Positions 1 to 8,336 of a DNA stretch of 42,386 nt are shown here, one piece after another; position 1 is the stretch's first letter, and every line of letters starts with the position of its first letter. Source of the stretch: a virus (taxonomy: Duplodnaviria > Caudoviricetes); the IMG/VR virus record IMGVR_UViG_3300037483_000715, positions 1 to 42,386 of that record; one strand, given 5' to 3'. The notes beneath the pieces are model-generated. The model saw only the letters and a program-made list of their open reading frames with translations, was not told the DNA's origin and did not search any database. The position numbers were made by a program, and so were the translations under genes.

Positions 1-127
1 TCCTGTTCCGATTCCGATTCTATCAATTTTCACAATAAACTTTGTGTGCGGATTGTATTTTTCTTCAATCTTTAAAATGATTCTTCCGACTATTCCCATT
101 GGATCACTTTTTGGCTCGTCAAATGAA
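1..127. repeat. Terminal direct repeat (assembly overlap), copy 1
   Basis: Bases 1-127 are identical to 42260-42386; 127 bp matches a common assembler k-mer, so the contig is circular or circularly permuted. Confidence 0.95.
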
Positions 128-1176
128 TCTAACATTTGATAATTCATTGCTTTTTTAACTCCTGAATAAATTACTGTATGATCAAGGCCTTGGTCTGCTG
201 GATCACAGCTTATGATCCTTCTGAATACTGAGATGAGTTCTTTTGCACGATTGACTTCTCCTTCTCTGTGTTTGTGTGGATGTGCCAAGATCTCTTCCAA
301 TTCGAGAAGTTCTGTTTCAAAATCAAAATTTCTTTTTTTGGATTCTTCGATTCTCTTTAAATTAAAAATCGAGTCTTCACTTTCTGATGGGAAGTCTGAG
401 TCATATAAAACCTCGAATTCCAATGGAGTCAGTTCTTTTCTTTGTTCATCTACGAATGCTTTTGTTGTTCGACCTTCTTTGAGTGCGAGTTTCCATCCGA
501 TCTTAAAATGTTTGAATGCTGGATCTGTTGAGTGTTCAAATGCTACGTTATCTCTATCCCATGGATTGTAAAGTTCGATTAACATTGAATTTTCAGGATC
601 ATCTCCCAACATACGCATTATTTTTGCATTTGCATCTCTTCCAATTAAACATGCTTCATCTTTGACTACAATATGAGCTCCGAATCCCATTAGTCTGTTT
701 GCGTCACCTTCTGCGGAGAAGACTCTGTATTCTGTTTTGTTTGTGAATGTCTGTCTTTTTCGTGAAGCTTCCTTTCTCATTCTATCGGCACCTTTTGCTT
801 CGATTTGTGCCATCTTCAAAAGTTGAGGACATATGAAGATTAATTCTGTCATGTAATTTCTTAAAATCTGAGCCTGCTCTGCTTGTGGTCCAATTAAAGC
901 AATTCTTAATCCTCCATAAAATAAAATAACAAGTGCAATTGCAACTGCAACACATTGAGTCTTTCCGTATCTTGTCATGGCTGAGACTGTTATTCTTTTG
1001 AATCTCATTAAAAAAATATCCCCTATCAGTTCTTCTTGTTTTCTTGTTGGATAGAATTTAAAATAATAAATGCAGAGTGATCTGATATCGTTATTGTCCA
1101 GTGCTGTTCTCACTTGTTGACTCAATGTCATCTGACTCAGATTCATCTGATTCAACTTCATTTGATTCTTTTGCAT
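1..1176 (-). CDS. terL: Terminase large subunit, 5' part (continues across the junction into 42259..41903; about 510 aa)
   Basis: Missing from the ORF track, translated by hand: GGAGG then ATG at 1176; Walker A SAMTRYGKT, Walker B IVVKDEA, coupling motif LYNP, nuclease motif IISCDPA; frame continues over the junction. Confidence 0.93.
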   Translation of the reverse strand, partial: MQKNQMKLNQMNLSQMTLSQQVRTALDNNDIRSLCIYYFKFYPTRKQEELIGDIFLMRFKRITVSAMTRYGKTQCVAVAIALVILFYGGLRIALIGPQAEQAQILRNYMTELIFICPQLLKMAQIEAKGADRMRKEASRKRQTFTNKTEYRVFSAEGDANRLMGFGAHIVVKDEACLIGRDANAKIMRMLGDDPENSMLIELYNPWDRDNVAFEHSTDPAFKHFKIGWKLALKEGRTTKAFVDEQRKELTPLEFEVLYDSDFPSESEDSIFNLKRIEESKKRNFDFETELLELEEILAHPHKHREGEVNRAKELISVFRRIISCDPADQGLDHTVIYSGVKKAMNYQMLDSFDEPKSDPMGIVGRIILKIEEKYNPHTKFIVKIDRIGIGTG

Positions 1177-1555
1177 TTCTGAACTCCTCCATTATTTTTC
1201 CCAAGTCAGGTCCTCTCTCTGAATTAAGATTTATGTCCTGAGATTCACCGTACCCTCTGTTTTTCCCTCTTTTGTGTTTAAGAAGTAAAATCTCGGCAGC
1301 CTTTAGATCTCTTTCTTGAACTAATCTGCTGAATACGATACTCTCTGCAATGTCAAAAGGCATTTCTGCCTCATCATCAATTATCTCGTCTGCTTTTGGA
1401 TTATCTTCAATAAATTTATAAACTGTATGTCTTGACACTCGAAGTCGTTTTGCGATTGTTGTTATGATTCCACGACTGCTTTCTTTCTCTCTTGGTTGTC
1501 CTTTTGGATTTCCCTTGACAGCCAATTCGAATCTTTTCATTGATATTTTTCCCAT
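1091..1555 (-). CDS. terS: Terminase small subunit
   Basis: N-terminal HTH (IAKRLRVSRHTVYKFI), RGYGE motif, overlaps the terL start. Confidence 0.75.
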   Translation of the reverse strand: MGKISMKRFELAVKGNPKGQPREKESSRGIITTIAKRLRVSRHTVYKFIEDNPKADEIIDDEAEMPFDIAESIVFSRLVQERDLKAAEILLLKHKRGKNRGYGESQDINLNSERGPDLGKIMEEFRNAKESNEVESDESESDDIESTSENSTGQ

Positions 1556-1598
1556 ATTTTGTGAAGTTTGTGCAATTTTATGTGTAAAATTGAAATTT

Positions 1599-2339
1599 TT
1601 AAAGTCTGATTGCCTCCTGTTTTGTTAAAGATTCCCACCTTTCTATGATGATTTGGACGTATTTTGGGTCCAATTCCATCAAATATGCTCTTCTTTCTGT
1701 GTTTTCGCATGCGATTAGTGTGCTTCCTGATCCTCCGAATAAATCCAACACGATGTCTTTCTTATCTGAGCTGTTTTCGATTGCTTTTTGAATCAAGGCC
1801 ACTGGTTTCTGAGTCGGATGGACATACTTGCCTGTTGCTCTTCTTTTGAAAAACCATATATCTGTTTGACCTCGGCTTCCTCTGAATTTCTTTTCTTCAT
1901 AGTAATAGTACATCATTGGCTCGTATGCTGAATGATAATCTCTTGCTAAGATTGAGAATCCGTTTTTTACCCATATGATGTCTGTTGGTCTTATTTTTCT
2001 GTGTTTTTGGACCCATTCGTACATTCCGTTGCTTTGATTTGTTCCGTGGCACATGTAGACTGCTCCTTTGCAGATTCCTGTATCTAATAAGTCCATGACT
2101 TTTGTTATTTCGAAGTTTGTGTCATTCATGATTCGTCCGAGCATTTTCTGACTTCTTCCACCTTTTCTTCTTTCTTCCGGGCAGTAATCAACATTGTAAG
2201 GCGGATCTGTCCAGACCATATCTGCTTTTTGTCCGTCAAGTAATTTTTGAACGTCAATTAAGCTTAGTGAATCTCCACACATTAATCTGTGTTGTCCAAG
2301 AATGAATAAATCTCCCTTTTTTATCTCAGTCTGGTCCAT
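1599..2339 (-). CDS. DNA amino-methyltransferase (N6_N4_Mtase, beta class, likely m6A)
   Basis: HRLMCGDS, DPPY, HPTQKP, DLFGGSGSTL; start moved to MDQTEI after a purine-rich SD-like run. Confidence 0.92.
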   Translation of the reverse strand: MDQTEIKKGDLFILGQHRLMCGDSLSLIDVQKLLDGQKADMVWTDPPYNVDYCPEERRKGGRSQKMLGRIMNDTNFEITKVMDLLDTGICKGAVYMCHGTNQSNGMYEWVQKHRKIRPTDIIWVKNGFSILARDYHSAYEPMMYYYYEEKKFRGSRGQTDIWFFKRRATGKYVHPTQKPVALIQKAIENSSDKKDIVLDLFGGSGSTLIACENTERRAYLMELDPKYVQIIIERWESLTKQEAIRL

Positions 2340-2661
2340 CTTCCCCTCCGAATTCTTCCTGAGGGCTTTCTGGTTGCACTTTTTCTTCTGAGTCGTATGG
2401 AATAACCTTAAAATCAATTTTAGCCCCTGTTTGCTGTTCAATCAATTCTTTTGTCTGAATTACCACTTCTGGCACAATGTACCCTGTGTTAGGTATATCT
2501 TTTACATGCAATGTAGCTTCGATTGTTGGTCTTTGAAATAATTCGTTGGGAATTTCAATATTCAATTGCATTGCGATCTCGTTCCAACTGAGTCCTGGCT
2601 TACTTTTTCTAATCTTAACAATCCCATTCTTATTGATCACTAACCATTGTTTGACTTTCAT
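2326..2661 (-). CDS. Hypothetical protein
   Basis: GGAGG SD, overlaps both neighbours. Confidence 0.65.
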   Translation of the reverse strand: MKVKQWLVINKNGIVKIRKSKPGLSWNEIAMQLNIEIPNELFQRPTIEATLHVKDIPNTGYIVPEVVIQTKELIEQQTGAKIDFKVIPYDSEEKVQPESPQEEFGGEDGPD

Positions 2662-3991
2662 TTTGCACCTCCCTCTTGATTATCTCGAATTTTGCCTCAG
2701 GTTTGTAGATGAGATATCTCTCGATCGCGACATTGATGTAATTTGGATCAAGTTCGATTCCATAGAATTTTCTCTTTAATTGATCTGTTGCGATCATTGT
2801 TGTTCCACTTCCTGTGAATGGATCAAGTATCTTTTCTCCTTCAAAACTAAAAAATCTTATGCAATTGAATGGCAGTTGCACTGGAAAGGGCGCTGGATGA
2901 TCTCCTGAGAGATGTCCCTCTGTGTTGAATTCCCACACATTTCCTGAGTATTTGCTGATCAGGATGTTTGGAATTTGTTCGTCACGTTTCTTTTCAGGTG
3001 ATCCTGATGTTGTGTAAGTCAGCATGTGATCGTAGAATCTTGGATTGTCATCTGTTGAGTATAATTGAATGATCTCTGTTTGGACTTTTGGTTTGTAGTA
3101 TCTTGGAAATGGATTCTTTGTGTTTGTTCCTCTCGCAGCTCCGAGTGGTTTCATCCAATAGATGTTTCTGAAAAAAGTATAATCCAATTCTGCCAATAAG
3201 TTGTGATAGTCTGCTTGCAAGTTCATTGGTCCCCATTCTCTTCCGATATTTACACAGATGAATCTTCCTTCTGTTCCTTTTGGCATGAAGTTTTTGACAT
3301 TCTCGAAAACTGATTTTATCATTTTTAGATAATCTTTATAGTTTTGATTGTCCTGGTACTTTCCGTATTTGATGTCCAAGTTGTAAGGAGGACTTGTCAC
3401 ACATAAATCGATTTGATTGTCCCCGATCAGTTTTTCGAAGTTTTCGACCTTTGATGAATCTCCACAGATTATTCTGTGTCCGTCAATTTCTATTATGTCC
3501 CCTTCATGAATGTCGTATTTGTTTTTGACATCGAATTTGTCTTCTTGTGATTTTGCGAACATTGCATTCTTCTCTTCGTCTTTTAGTCCGAGCAAATAAT
3601 TGATCTCTGTTGTGTCGAATCCTGTTATACTGAGTAAGTCTTCATTATGTTGATCAATCTGTGAAAGCAATTCTATTAATTTGTCTTCTTCGAATTCTCC
3701 TCCGATCTTGTTCATTGCAAGGTTTAATGCTTTTTCTTTTGCTTCGTCAAGATCCACTTCAATGCAAGGGACTTCTTTTTGCCCGAGTTCTTTTGCAGCC
3801 TTGATTCTTTGGTGTCCTGAAATAACAATATTTTTTCTTAATTCATTTGAGTTGATCACAACTGGACTTAACCATCCAAATTCTTTCAGAGATTTCTTTA
3901 AGTTGTTCAGATTTTTTTCGTTGATCTTTCTCGGATTGTAATCTGCAATCTTCAATTCTTCAATTTTTTTTAATGATGTGTTTTGTACCAT
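2630..3991 (-). CDS. ParB-like N-terminal domain fused to DNA amino-methyltransferase (SPPY, possibly m4C)
   Basis: ADYNPRKI...ISGHQRIKAA (ParB-N); TSPPYN, HPAPFP, DPFTGSGTT. Confidence 0.92.
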   Translation of the reverse strand: MVQNTSLKKIEELKIADYNPRKINEKNLNNLKKSLKEFGWLSPVVINSNELRKNIVISGHQRIKAAKELGQKEVPCIEVDLDEAKEKALNLAMNKIGGEFEEDKLIELLSQIDQHNEDLLSITGFDTTEINYLLGLKDEEKNAMFAKSQEDKFDVKNKYDIHEGDIIEIDGHRIICGDSSKVENFEKLIGDNQIDLCVTSPPYNLDIKYGKYQDNQNYKDYLKMIKSVFENVKNFMPKGTEGRFICVNIGREWGPMNLQADYHNLLAELDYTFFRNIYWMKPLGAARGTNTKNPFPRYYKPKVQTEIIQLYSTDDNPRFYDHMLTYTTSGSPEKKRDEQIPNILISKYSGNVWEFNTEGHLSGDHPAPFPVQLPFNCIRFFSFEGEKILDPFTGSGTTMIATDQLKRKFYGIELDPNYINVAIERYLIYKPEAKFEIIKREVQNESQTMVSDQ

Positions 3992-4266
3992 ATTGCTTGT
4001 TCTCGATTTAATAATGCCGTTGAAGTGTTGAAAGCTGTCAACGAGTTAAGATTCCTCGTTCTCGCTTCTGTTTCTTCGATCCTCTTTTCGAGGAGAGTCT
4101 TTTCTTGTTTGAGGAATGGATTTGTCCATATTCCCCATGTTGCAAGTGAAAAAAGTAAAATAAAAATAATTCCTGTTTTAGCCCATCCTCCCATCTCATA
4201 CGTGAATAATGCATACAAGCATCCGAGTATCACGATTGCGTTTGAGATGTTGAGTGGTCTTGTCAT
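3970..4266 (-). CDS. Small membrane protein (two TM helices plus coiled coil)
   Basis: Two hydrophobic segments near the N-terminus. Confidence 0.65.
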   Translation of the reverse strand: MTRPLNISNAIVILGCLYALFTYEMGGWAKTGIIFILLFSLATWGIWTNPFLKQEKTLLEKRIEETEARTRNLNSLTAFNTSTALLNREQAIWYKTHH

Positions 4267-4267
4267 T

Positions 4268-4627
4268 TTACAGTTTTAGTCGACTTCCGATTGCTTCTTT
4301 CAGTCTGTTTATTTCTTGAGTGATGAATCCAACTGATTCTTGATCAGATTTAAGATTCTCTTCAAGTTCTTTTCCTTTTTCTTTCTTTAACTGATATTTC
4401 TGTAACACTTCGAGATCTGCTTTCAGCTTCTCTTGTTCAGGTGTTAGTTCAGGTACATCGAGTATTTCTTGTTTCTTCTTGATTCCGTCCTCAAAACTTT
4501 TCTTCTGTGTTTCGAGTTCAGTCAGAGTCTTTTTGATTTCCTCTTCTCCTTTAATCAGCCAAGTCTTCGACGCTTTCAGTTCTTTTCTTCTCTCGTCATA
4601 AACAAAACTTGATCCTTCGTAATTCAT
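4268..4627 (-). CDS. Coiled-coil hypothetical protein
   Basis: GGAGG SD, K/E-rich heptads. Confidence 0.7.
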   Translation of the reverse strand: MNYEGSSFVYDERRKELKASKTWLIKGEEEIKKTLTELETQKKSFEDGIKKKQEILDVPELTPEQEKLKADLEVLQKYQLKKEKGKELEENLKSDQESVGFITQEINRLKEAIGSRLKL

Positions 4628-4720
4628 TTTTTTAACCTCCTTATTTTAATTGCTTTTTTTCCTTTCCAAATACCAGAGTTTCCCTTAACAAATCTCCCTT
4701 TTTTATCTCGTTCCATAGGG

Positions 4721-5023
4721 TTAATTTGCTTCTTCGTTTTTAAAATCTGCTGAGTCTTGCCCTTCATTTTCTTTTCCACTGAAAAGATTATCAAATTGCC
4801 TAAGCAGGGACACAACTTTCTCTCCTTTCTTTGTGAGTTCCATGTCAACCTCTCTTCCAACCCTTGTTTTTTTAACGATCTCTTCTCTTTCCCATTGGTC
4901 AGTCACGTTTGAGAGATGAGTTGTTGTCATGTCTGCTTCTTTGCTCAATGCGTGAAGGTTTTTGTGCTTCCCGATCATGAACAAAAGATTTGCGTATCTT
5001 CGGCTCATCAAAAATCTATACAT
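4721..5023 (-). CDS. Winged-helix (MarR-like) transcription regulator
   Basis: LHALSKEADMTTTHLSNV...GREVDMELTKKG wHTH pattern. Confidence 0.75.
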   Translation of the reverse strand: MYRFLMSRRYANLLFMIGKHKNLHALSKEADMTTTHLSNVTDQWEREEIVKKTRVGREVDMELTKKGEKVVSLLRQFDNLFSGKENEGQDSADFKNEEAN

Positions 5024-5270
5024 TTTTTCCTCCTTTCTTTTTTAGATAGATTCTCCCCTCTTTGTCATATTTAACAGGGAGCATTTCAAGTGCAACATTC
5101 AAAGAATTATAATTCACTCCGAGCAATCTCACGACTTCTGATTTGTAGATTGGCTCAACTTGTTCTTTTAAAAATGTTTGAACTTTCTTTAATGTCACGA
5201 CGTGAATATTCTTTCTTTTTGTTGGATCAGGTTTATTGACCACCTTGCTTTCTTTATCAATGTTTCTCAT
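5016..5270 (-). CDS. HTH DNA-binding protein
   Basis: KSEVVRLLGVNYNSLNVAL HTH-like; TATA about 25 nt upstream suggests a leaderless mRNA. Confidence 0.6.
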   Translation of the reverse strand: MRNIDKESKVVNKPDPTKRKNIHVVTLKKVQTFLKEQVEPIYKSEVVRLLGVNYNSLNVALEMLPVKYDKEGRIYLKKKGGKNV

Positions 5271-5308
5271 ATGTAATTACATACAAATAATTATTATATA
5301 AATCTTTT
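5270..5308 (-). promoter_or_regulatory. Archaeal-type promoter with a 14-bp palindromic operator over the start site
   Basis: Minus strand AAAAGATTTATATA (BRE/TATA-like); perfect palindrome TATGTAATTACATA at 5270-5283. Confidence 0.65.
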
Positions 5309-5321
5309 GGTCTGTTCCCAG

Positions 5322-5426
5322 GCGAGAGTTCAAAAAGGAGTTTAACCCTCGCATCCTCTCGACTGGGTTTGTTCGCTCTTGCCCATTCACGAACTCGGAC
5401 ACTCCTGCCCTGCAATGTTGATGCGA
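5322..5426 (-). ncRNA. Putative structured RNA immediately 3' of the tRNA
   Basis: GC-rich patch with several complementary segments: UCGCAUC/GAUGCGA, GUUCG/CGAAC, UGGG/CCCA, AGGAGU/ACUCCU, GCGAGGGUU/AACUCUCGC. Confidence 0.4.
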
Positions 5427-5497
5427 TTCCGATAAGTAGAGTTGAACTACTGTTTCAGGATCATGAGTCCTGCGTCCTGCCGTTAGACGATATCGGA
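5427..5497 (-). tRNA. tRNA with CAU anticodon (elongator Met or Ile2), no encoded CCA
   Basis: Cloverleaf: acceptor TCCGATA/TATCGGA, D arm GTCT-AACGGCA-GGAC, anticodon stem CAGGA/TCCTG with loop CTCATGA, T arm AGTAG-TTCAACT-CTACT. Confidence 0.88.
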
Positions 5498-5859
5498 TTA
5501 ATTGTCACAACAGCAAATTCTTGCACACTTTGGACTTTTCGGATTGTCTGTTCGAGTATGAATTTATCATCGATTTCTAATCCTTCAAATACTGAATCAA
5601 TTAAGAATTTCTCTCTGTTTGCAACATCTTTCTTTTTTATTGATCCATCTTTACATCTCCAATTTTCATAAATTTCTGTAATGACTTTTAGTCCTTGCTC
5701 GTATGGTCCGAGATGTCCCAATGGAACTTCTTTGCAGATCTGCACGATCTCTTTTCGAAGTTTCTTCGCTTCTGTCTTCATAATCTTCATATTGCCTTTG
5801 TGCCAATACAAATGATTAATCGTTGGTGTTTTGAAAGGTATTTTTATTTTTGTTTCCAT
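5461..5859 (-). CDS. rusA: RusA-like Holliday junction resolvase
   Basis: PTINHLY...KKDVANREKFLIDSV...IDDKFI, the RusA catalytic pattern. Confidence 0.8.
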   Translation of the reverse strand: METKIKIPFKTPTINHLYWHKGNMKIMKTEAKKLRKEIVQICKEVPLGHLGPYEQGLKVITEIYENWRCKDGSIKKKDVANREKFLIDSVFEGLEIDDKFILEQTIRKVQSVQEFAVVTINPISSNGRTQDS

Positions 5860-5907
5860 GTTTTCCTCCTAAAATCTAAAAAATTAAAAAATAAATACTT
5901 TGTGTTT

Positions 5908-6243
5908 TCACTTTCTCTTTTTCTTCTGTGGTTTTTTTGTTCTGTTTTTATTCCAGCATTTTCGACATACTGGTGAATCTTTCAACTTAACGTTTCCACA
6001 TTTGCAGAGATCATGTTTGTAATCAATCTTTTGAAGTTTGGTTGCATTAATTATTGGCTTCTTTTTTGTTCTTGCTTCCATTGCAAGATCATTTCTTACT
6101 CTCGCAAGTGTGTTGATGCCTGTTTTTAATGCAAGTTTCAATGTTATAATTTCCATTGCTTGTTCTCGAATTAATTGATTTTTTGCATCATCCACAAATT
6201 CTTTCATTTCCTCAAATGATCTTTTAATCTCTTTTTCGTCCAT
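5908..6243 (-). CDS. Hypothetical protein with C-terminal Zn-finger
   Basis: CKCG...CRKC; GGAGG SD. Confidence 0.65.
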   Translation of the reverse strand: MDEKEIKRSFEEMKEFVDDAKNQLIREQAMEIITLKLALKTGINTLARVRNDLAMEARTKKKPIINATKLQKIDYKHDLCKCGNVKLKDSPVCRKCWNKNRTKKPQKKKRK

Positions 6244-6244
6244 T

Positions 6245-6487
6245 TTACACCTCCTGTTTTTTAACCTCTTTATCTTTTATAGAATATTCACAACCATCAA
6301 GAAAAATGCTATCTATTTGTTTAATCTCACATAACTTATTTAAGAATCTTTCCAACTCATCCATTGAGGTAAATTCTTTTGTCAATGTATTATCTCCAAG
6401 ACTATAATTTAACCAAAATTTCATTCTTTTTTCTCCTGTTTTTTTACCATAGAATATTCTCCCAATCTTCAGTATCCTGTTTTTCAT
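6245..6487 (-). CDS. Hypothetical protein (AT-rich block)
   Basis: ORF in an operon-like run; alternative start MKFWLN. Confidence 0.5.
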   Translation of the reverse strand: MKNRILKIGRIFYGKKTGEKRMKFWLNYSLGDNTLTKEFTSMDELERFLNKLCEIKQIDSIFLDGCEYSIKDKEVKKQEV

Positions 6488-6671
6488 TCTCTTTTTTTAG
6501 TGTTTCTTCAACAATTTCTAAAATCCCTTTTGGTAAAGGTTTCTTATTATCTTCATCACTCCAAATTAAAATACACCTATCAAACCATCTTAAATTTAAT
6601 TTATTTCCTTTAATTGTTATATGATTTTCTGTTAGTTTCCCAAACAATTCAATATTACTTCTTCTTTTCAT
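6444..6671 (-). CDS. Hypothetical protein (AT-rich block)
   Basis: ORF in an operon-like run. Confidence 0.5.
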   Translation of the reverse strand: MKRRSNIELFGKLTENHITIKGNKLNLRWFDRCILIWSDEDNKKPLPKGILEIVEETLKKENEKQDTEDWENILW

Positions 6672-6761
6672 TCCCCCATCTCCTGTTTTTTAAAAATCTC
6701 TTTTTTTGATGGTGATAAAAATTTATCTTTCCAATTACATTTTGGACAAAATATTATTAGT

Positions 6762-6953
6762 TTATCTTTTTTCATTTAATAAATCCTCTTCAGAATATTT
6801 TAATTTGTCAAATAATTTCCATTGTTTACATACAATACAATCTTTTTCGTAATCTTTACATTTTGTTCCATAGTTTTTTATGAACCAATTCTGAAGAAAT
6901 TTGTTTTGTTCTTTCATAAAATTTATTAATTCTTTTTGTTTTTTATTTTTCAT
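6762..6953 (-). CDS. Small Cys-containing hypothetical protein
   Basis: C-x6-C-x2-C motif; GGAGG SD. Confidence 0.55.
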   Translation of the reverse strand: MKNKKQKELINFMKEQNKFLQNWFIKNYGTKCKDYEKDCIVCKQWKLFDKLKYSEEDLLNEKR

Positions 6954-7494
6954 TTTTCTCCTCCTTACATTTGTTTGAATCTTCCATCTCCTGTTTTAAT
7001 TTAATTATGTCCTTCGATGAACTCGAAGTTGACTTTGATCCCGGGAACTCATTCCCATGAATTAATTGATGATGGAATTTGCATAAATGTCTGACATTTT
7101 CAAGAGTATATTTTCCTCCGTTGGATCCTCTTACATTTCTGTGAAATTGTGTTGCTTGTGCATCGCAATCTATCCATTCGCAGATTCCGTTTGATCTTTC
7201 GACAACTGCTCTTCTTACTTCTGCAGTCATGTGATCAGGTCCTTCCATCTCTTTTGGTTTTTTGAGAGTGTATCCTTGTTTGATTAATGCGTCTACGATT
7301 GGCTTCAAATGTTTGCATGGCTCTGCGTAATATTTTTTGTCTGAGAAATCTCCCACTTGTTGAATTCTTCTGTTTGAAAAATTCCAGCATGTACAATCAA
7401 TCCAAAAAATTAATTTTTGATTATCCAAAACTTTGACAGTACAATCGTAGAGTTCTCCTTTAGATCCTTTTTTCTTCCATGCGATTGTTCTCAT
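6943..7494 (-). CDS. SWIM zinc finger plus HNH endonuclease
   Basis: CTC...CKH (SWIM); CEW..C...H..RGSNGG....NVRHLCKFHH (HNH). Confidence 0.8.
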   Translation of the reverse strand: MRTIAWKKKGSKGELYDCTVKVLDNQKLIFWIDCTCWNFSNRRIQQVGDFSDKKYYAEPCKHLKPIVDALIKQGYTLKKPKEMEGPDHMTAEVRRAVVERSNGICEWIDCDAQATQFHRNVRGSNGGKYTLENVRHLCKFHHQLIHGNEFPGSKSTSSSSKDIIKLKQEMEDSNKCKEEKNEK

Positions 7495-7796
7495 AGATAC
7501 ATGTCCTCCTCATTATATAAATTCTCAGCAGTTTCAGCACCTTCGGTCTGTGACGTACTGGCTGACTTTGGACGTTCCTGCTGAGTATCTTTGATTGCTT
7601 TTAATTTGTTTATGTAATCGCTGGCTTCTTGTTTTGTCATTTCAGGCCATGGTTTTCCTTTTAGTCCTTTAATAAAATTCAATTGCCCTTCTGTAGCCAT
7701 TCCTGGTCTTGTCTGAGAATTATTTGTATGATTTGTATCATTTATCCCATTAATGTGATTAATCTTATTTTCTAATGCTTCAATTCTCTTGATCAA
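7491..7796 (-). CDS. Hypothetical protein with ATEGQ...MTKQEAS helical motif (start uncertain)
   Basis: Motif typical of small phage proteins; only a TTG start is in frame. Confidence 0.55.
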   Translation of the reverse strand: MIKRIEALENKINHINGINDTNHTNNSQTRPGMATEGQLNFIKGLKGKPWPEMTKQEASDYINKLKAIKDTQQERPKSASTSQTEGAETAENLYNEEDMYL

Positions 7797-7864
7797 TGCA
7801 GTGAATAATTCCTCAGTTATTTTGTCGATTTTAATCCCCTCCCATGCTCTTGTATTCTCTTTTT

Positions 7865-7999
7865 TTATTTTTGTCCATCATCCTCTCCAATAAACTCTCC
7901 AAGTGTTTTTTGTTTCTTTTTTTCTTCTTGTTCTTCTGTCCATGAAGTAAAGTTTGACCTTCCTTCACGTTTTCTTAATTCACGCGCTCTTGTTGCCAT
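7865..7999 (-). CDS. Small hypothetical protein (44 aa)
   Basis: Hand-translated MATRARELRKREG...; GGAGG-like SD; fills the gap. Confidence 0.45.
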   Translation of the reverse strand: MATRARELRKREGRSNFTSWTEEQEEKKKQKTLGEFIGEDDGQK

Positions 8000-8336
8000 T
8001 CTCCTCCTCTCTTGCTATTGCAAGTATGTTATGCGTTCTTGTTGTGATTCTTTTCAAAATTGCTCTTAATTCTTTTTCTTGTTTTTCGAGAGCTACGAGA
8101 TTACTGAATTCTCCTTGTTTCTCAAAATAAATTCCATCATATTCTTCTATTGTTTTTTCAGCGAGGTCTATAATTTTTTGCATTGTTGTTTTTCTTTCGA
8201 GTGGTCTTATTGCAGGAATCACTTTTGGAATTCCAAGTTTTTCTGATGTTTGATTTGTATACCCACAAAATCTGCAATTTCTTGGTCCTCCCTCTTCTCC
8301 ATAGAGTTTGTGATTGCATACTGGACATTTCTTCAT
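7980..8336 (-). CDS. Zn-ribbon protein
   Basis: CPVC...CRFCGY; start at MKKCP after GGAGG. Confidence 0.65.
   Translation of the reverse strand: MKKCPVCNHKLYGEEGGPRNCRFCGYTNQTSEKLGIPKVIPAIRPLERKTTMQKIIDLAEKTIEEYDGIYFEKQGEFSNLVALEKQEKELRAILKRITTRTHNILAIAREEENGNKSA

Noticed and set aside
1-127. Biological terminal repeat
   Set aside because: Exactly 127 bp and in the middle of terL; best explained as k-mer overlap from circular assembly
5322-5426. Canonical HDV/theta ribozyme or RNase P RNA
   Set aside because: No P3/L3 of the right size and no catalytic C in the J4/2 position; far too short for RNase P despite vague GUCCG and ACAAACCC similarity
5427-5497. attP site or UGA-suppressor tRNA
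   Set aside because: No integrase found; stem geometry puts CAU, not UCA, at positions 34-36
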